From a virus (taxonomy: Duplodnaviria > Heunggongvirae > Uroviricota > Caudoviricetes): a DNA stretch of 26,357 nt. Numbering within the stretch: the first letter of the stretch is position 1; each line of letters starts with the position of its first letter. This document shows, piece after piece, positions 22,655 through 26,357 of the stretch. The position numbers were made by a program, and so were the translations under genes. Where the stretch lies: the IMG/VR virus record IMGVR_UViG_2645727948_000026, positions 1-26,357 of that record; one strand, 5' to 3'. Under the pieces are notes generated by a model, which worked only from the letters and a program-made list of their open reading frames with translations, had not been told where the DNA came from and searched no databases.

Positions 22655-23255
22655 TTCACTGTTACCACCATCAGCCAGCAATTTCATGCGTTGTGCCGAA
22701 GCCGTCGGAACACGCATTACAGACATTCCGGTAGACCTCAACACGCTGTGGTCGCCGGACACCTGCCCGGTGCATCTGCTGCCTTATCTCGCCTGGGCGT
22801 TTTCCGTTGACCGCTGGGATCGCAACTGGCCGGAAGAGACAAAGCGACAGGTAATTCGTGATGCATGGCTGATACACCGACACAAAGGGACCATCAGCGC
22901 ACTGCGAAGAGCCGTGGAGCCTCTCGGCTACCTGATTGAAGTAAAGGAGTGGTGGCAACTCAACGAGGAGCCAGGAACATTTCGCATTGTTGTCGGAGTA
23001 CTTGATCAGGGCATCACCGATGAAATGTATCAGGAACTTGAGCGCCTTATTGCGGATGCAAAACCAGTAAGTCGCCATCTGACGGGGCTGGCGATCAGCC
23101 TGAGTGTGAACGGAAAGATTTTCGTTGGTACGGGATGCTATCACGGCGATGCCCTGACGGTTTATCCCTACACCCCGGAGTCCATTATTGTCGAAGGGGA
23201 TTATTTCCCTGCCCCGGCCATTCATTTAATTGATAATCTGAGAGTAAACGCATGA
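22647..23255 (+). CDS. I: Baseplate protein, P2 gpI-like
   Basis: ORF track 22614..23255 trimmed to ATG 22647, which overlaps the J stop. Confidence 0.75.
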   Translation: MSNSLLPPSASNFMRCAEAVGTRITDIPVDLNTLWSPDTCPVHLLPYLAWAFSVDRWDRNWPEETKRQVIRDAWLIHRHKGTISALRRAVEPLGYLIEVKEWWQLNEEPGTFRIVVGVLDQGITDEMYQELERLIADAKPVSRHLTGLAISLSVNGKIFVGTGCYHGDALTVYPYTPESIIVEGDYFPAPAIHLIDNLRVNA

Positions 23256-24850
23256 CAGTGAAATACTACGCCATTCTGACTAATCAGGGCGCAGCACGAC
23301 TGGCTAACGCGACGATGCTCGGCAGTAAGCTGAATCTGACGCAAATGGCCGTTGGTGATGCAAATGGTGTGTTACCAACACCAGACCCTGCACAAACAAA
23401 ACTGATTAACCAGAAACGCATTGCACCGCTGAATCTTCTGAGTGTTGACCCTAACAATCAGAGCCAGATTATTGCGGAGCAAATCATCCCTGAAAACGAG
23501 GGAGGATTCTGGATCCGTGAGATTGGTCTTTATGATGATGAAGGTGCACTCATTGCGGTGGCAAACTGCCCGGAAACGTACAAACCGCAGTTGCAGGAAG
23601 GCAGTGGACGCACCCAGACTATCCGCATGATTCTGGTTGTCACGAACACCGAAGCCATCACGCTGAAAATCGACCCGTCTGTGGTTCTGGCAACCCGCAA
23701 ATATGTGGATGATAAAATATCAGAGCACGAACAGTCACGACGTCACCCGGACGCCTCGCTGACCGTAAAAGGTTTTACTCAGTTAAGCAGTGCAATTAAC
23801 AGTGAATCAGAAACACTGGCCGCAACACCGAAAGCGGTTAAGGCTGCATATGACCTGGCTAACGGGAAATATACCGCCCAGAACGCCACCACTACACAAA
23901 AAGGGATTGTTCAGCTCAGTAGCGCCACGAACAGCACGTCTGAAACGCTGGCAGCGACACCAAAAGCTGTTAAGGCGGTAATGGATGAAACGAACAAGAA
24001 AGCACCATTAAACAGCCCGGCACTGACCGGAACGCCAACAACACCAACAGCGCCACAGGGGACTAATAGTACCCAGATCGCAAGCACGGCTTTCGTTATG
24101 GCTGCGATTGCCGCACTTGTAGATTCGTCACCTGATGCACTGAACACGCTGAACGAACTGGCTGCAGCGCTGGGCAATGACCCGAATTTTGCGACCACCA
24201 TGACTAACGCGCTTGCGGGTAAGCAACCGAAGGATGCCACCCTGACGGCGCTGGCGGAGCTTGCTACATCAGCAGATAAACTCCCATATTTTACAGGGGC
24301 AGATCGTGCCGCGTTAACCGCGTTGACAAGTGTTGGACGTGCCATTCTTGGTAAAACCAGCACTCAGGGAGTTCTTGATTACCTTGGTTTGGGAGAAGGT
24401 TCGGCATTACCCGTTGGTGTGCCTGTTCCGTGGCCTTCAGCCACACCGCCTACTGGCTGGCTGAAATGCAACGGTGCGGCTTTTTCTGCTGAAGAATACC
24501 CGGAACTGGCAAAGGTTTATCCGACAAATAAATTGCCGGATTTACGCGGTGAATTTATTCGTGGCTGGGATGACGGACGTGGTGTGGATGCCGGGCGACA
24601 ATTATTATCTTCACAGGGGGATGCAATAAGAAATATTGAGGGATTCGCAGATGGCGGGATCGGTATGTCTTTTGATGCAATCAGAGGGGCTTTTTATGAT
24701 GCAGGAACACGATCTGCGAGAATGCCGAATAACACAACTGATATAGGCAAAACCGATGACCTTGGATTCGACGCCTCTCGTGTCGTGCCAACAGCTAATG
24801 AAAACCGTCCACGTAACATCGCCTTTAATTATATTGTGAGGGCTGCATAA
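23252..24850 (+). CDS. H: Tail fibre protein, P2 gpH-like (conserved N-terminus, variable C-terminus)
   Basis: ORF track (532 aa); N-terminal MTVKYYAILTNQGAARLANA; duplicated SETLAATPKAVKA motif typical of tail fibres. Confidence 0.85.
   Translation: MTVKYYAILTNQGAARLANATMLGSKLNLTQMAVGDANGVLPTPDPAQTKLINQKRIAPLNLLSVDPNNQSQIIAEQIIPENEGGFWIREIGLYDDEGALIAVANCPETYKPQLQEGSGRTQTIRMILVVTNTEAITLKIDPSVVLATRKYVDDKISEHEQSRRHPDASLTVKGFTQLSSAINSESETLAATPKAVKAAYDLANGKYTAQNATTTQKGIVQLSSATNSTSETLAATPKAVKAVMDETNKKAPLNSPALTGTPTTPTAPQGTNSTQIASTAFVMAAIAALVDSSPDALNTLNELAAALGNDPNFATTMTNALAGKQPKDATLTALAELATSADKLPYFTGADRAALTALTSVGRAILGKTSTQGVLDYLGLGEGSALPVGVPVPWPSATPPTGWLKCNGAAFSAEEYPELAKVYPTNKLPDLRGEFIRGWDDGRGVDAGRQLLSSQGDAIRNIEGFADGGIGMSFDAIRGAFYDAGTRSARMPNNTTDIGKTDDLGFDASRVVPTANENRPRNIAFNYIVRAA
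24372..24397. promoter_or_regulatory. Candidate 26-bp DNA-invertase crossover site (hix/gix/cix-like) inside H
   Basis: TTCTTGATTACC-TT-GGTTTGGGAGAA compared with recalled hixL TTCTTGAAAACC-AA-GGTTTTTGATAA; lies at the conserved-to-variable junction of H. Confidence 0.5.
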
Positions 24851-25443
24851 TGAAACCTGTTTTTGATGAAAATGGGCTGGCTACAGTGCCGGGTGATATG
24901 CGTTGTTATTATTATGATGCAGTAACGTCTGAATATACGGGCTGGTCTGATGAATATATTAATACTGGCGTAAGTATGCCCGTTTGTTCCACTGGTATTG
25001 ACCCGGGCGAATACATTCCGGGAAGAGTGGCAGTATTTACGGGTAAGGGATGGAGCCATGAAGAAGACCATCGCAATGAGACCGTTTACTCAACTGAAAA
25101 TGGCGCAGCTGTTACAGTGGATTATATCGGTGCCATCAAAGACGGTTATGTCACGCTTTCACCGTTAACGCCATACGATAAATGGGATGGTGAGAAATGG
25201 GTGACGGATACCGAGGCACAGCATAGCGCCGCAGTAGAAGCTGCAGAAGCACAGCGCCAGTCGCTGATTGATGCTGCAATGGCTTCCATCAGTCTGATTC
25301 AACTGAAATTACAGGCCGGGCGGAAGCTGACGCAGCCAGAAAACACCCGACTTAACGCTGTGCTGGATTATATTGACGCGGTGACGGCAACAGATACCAG
25401 CACAGCGCCGGACGTCATCTGGCCTGAACTGCCGGAGGCGTAG
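24850..25443 (+). CDS. G: Tail fibre assembly chaperone (gpG/Tfa-like)
   Basis: ORF track (197 aa); starts at the H stop; C-terminal TSTAPDVIWPELPEA motif. Confidence 0.8.
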   Translation: MKPVFDENGLATVPGDMRCYYYDAVTSEYTGWSDEYINTGVSMPVCSTGIDPGEYIPGRVAVFTGKGWSHEEDHRNETVYSTENGAAVTVDYIGAIKDGYVTLSPLTPYDKWDGEKWVTDTEAQHSAAVEAAEAQRQSLIDAAMASISLIQLKLQAGRKLTQPENTRLNAVLDYIDAVTATDTSTAPDVIWPELPEA

Positions 25444-25858
25444 GCCATTCAATATCTGGCGCACCGGAAGTATCGACCAGTTCCAGTGCGTCCAGATAAT
25501 CCAGCCACAAATTATATTGCGCCAGTTCCTCACCTTTCAGGCGACCAATCGCCGCTTTACCAGGCCATTGCTTACTGTATATGTATTCGTTGACCTGATT
25601 AATCAATTGCTGCTTTTCCAGTTCGGCTGCAGCAATTTGTTCCTCATGAGTTGGCGGTGGAATTTCCCCCCAGGTGGGAAGGCCATCATCACCCGCGATG
25701 CGTACTTTCCCTTGCAACGTTCTGTCTTCAATAAATTCCAGGTAAGTGTCATATGTCACTTCGACAACATCAGCAAGTTCCCATCCGGCCTGTTCATATT
25801 TCGCCACATCATTTTTAGCGAAAAAACTATTTTTTGAGGCGCTATAAACCATTTCCAT
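25415..25858 (-). CDS. Second tail fibre assembly chaperone, inverted orientation
   Basis: ORF track (147 aa); C-terminal TSGAPDIEWPTPP parallels the plus-strand Tfa; convergent with it. Confidence 0.75.
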   Translation of the reverse strand: MEMVYSASKNSFFAKNDVAKYEQAGWELADVVEVTYDTYLEFIEDRTLQGKVRIAGDDGLPTWGEIPPPTHEEQIAAAELEKQQLINQVNEYIYSKQWPGKAAIGRLKGEELAQYNLWLDYLDALELVDTSGAPDIEWPTPPAVQAR

Positions 25859-25859
25859 A

Positions 25860-26357
25860 TTAATACCCTACTGCAATATAAAAAACTGATTCACCAGCGT
25901 CCTGAGAACCTACCCCCGGAACGCCAGACCAGGTTTTGTTAATGAATGCAAAACTGGTATTACTCAGATCAGATGCTCTGTACATCGGGCTGAACATCCA
26001 GTAGTTGGCTCCATATGTTTGTCCGAAAACAATGCCATAGCACTGATTTGTAAATGGCGTAGAAAATAATTTTCCACCAGTACCAGCGATAGTCCCGAAT
26101 CGCATCTGGAACCCATTCGGGAAATTAATTCCGCCTGCCGGTGAAGACCAGTAAGACATATCAGGTATTTGCCCAGCACTATTTCCCACGTTTTTTGTTG
26201 CAACGGTTCCTAACCCAAGATTAGCTCTTGCGTCAGATTTATTTGTTAACTCATAAAGATTATTTGCCTTTTGAAGTGCTCCTATTATGCGTAAATCATC
26301 ACCAGCGGCAACGGTTCCGACTATCGTGCCCACATCCCTTTTCGCCGCTTCTCCTAA
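25860..26357 (-). CDS. Alternative tail fibre C-terminal segment (5' end lies beyond the window)
   Basis: ORF track 25860..26333 (GTG); the frame stays open to the window edge. Gly/Ser-rich tail-fibre tip composition, immediately upstream of the inverted Tfa. Confidence 0.65.
   Translation of the reverse strand, partial: LGEAAKRDVGTIVGTVAAGDDLRIIGALQKANNLYELTNKSDARANLGLGTVATKNVGNSAGQIPDMSYWSSPAGGINFPNGFQMRFGTIAGTGGKLFSTPFTNQCYGIVFGQTYGANYWMFSPMYRASDLSNTSFAFINKTWSGVPGVGSQDAGESVFYIAVGY

Noticed and set aside
23911-24363. 150-aa minus-strand Ala/Ser-rich ORF
   Set aside because: Antisense to tail fibre gene H; composition is mirror-frame repeat sequence.
26205-26235. Second invertase crossover site inside the inverted fibre segment (region encoding ANLGLG)
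   Set aside because: Resemblance to the 24372-24397 site is limited to a CTTGG core from the shared LGLG motif; the half-sites do not match, so the partner site is presumed to lie beyond the window.

Overview
The window is almost entirely a P2-like (Peduovirus-type) temperate myovirus prophage in an enterobacterial background, read from its integrase end to an invertible tail-fibre segment. All calls come from reading the sequence and ORF track by eye; no searches or computations were run. Order: minus-strand lysogeny operon (C repressor, integrase, plus two extra cargo genes and a terminator), a 20-bp palindromic operator, the rightward early operon (Cox-like gene, several small ORFs, a structured untranslated segment, an HUH rolling-circle initiator gpA of about 946 aa), then a variable region in the old/tin position of P2 (8884-11969), then divergent late genes Q/P (minus) and O/N/M/L/X, a lysis cassette, R/S, baseplate V/W/J/I, tail fibre H and assembly protein. 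The variable region holds a ParM/ParR-like pair with palindromic repeats, a convergent promoter/terminator module, an 89-aa Cys-containing ORF, a probable cos region and a 174-aa ORF. The best candidates for something undescribed are (1) the zinc-ribbon plus tail-anchored coiled-coil gene pair translationally coupled to int, and (2) the contents of the gpA-Q variable region. No rRNA, tRNA, CRISPR array or IS element was seen.
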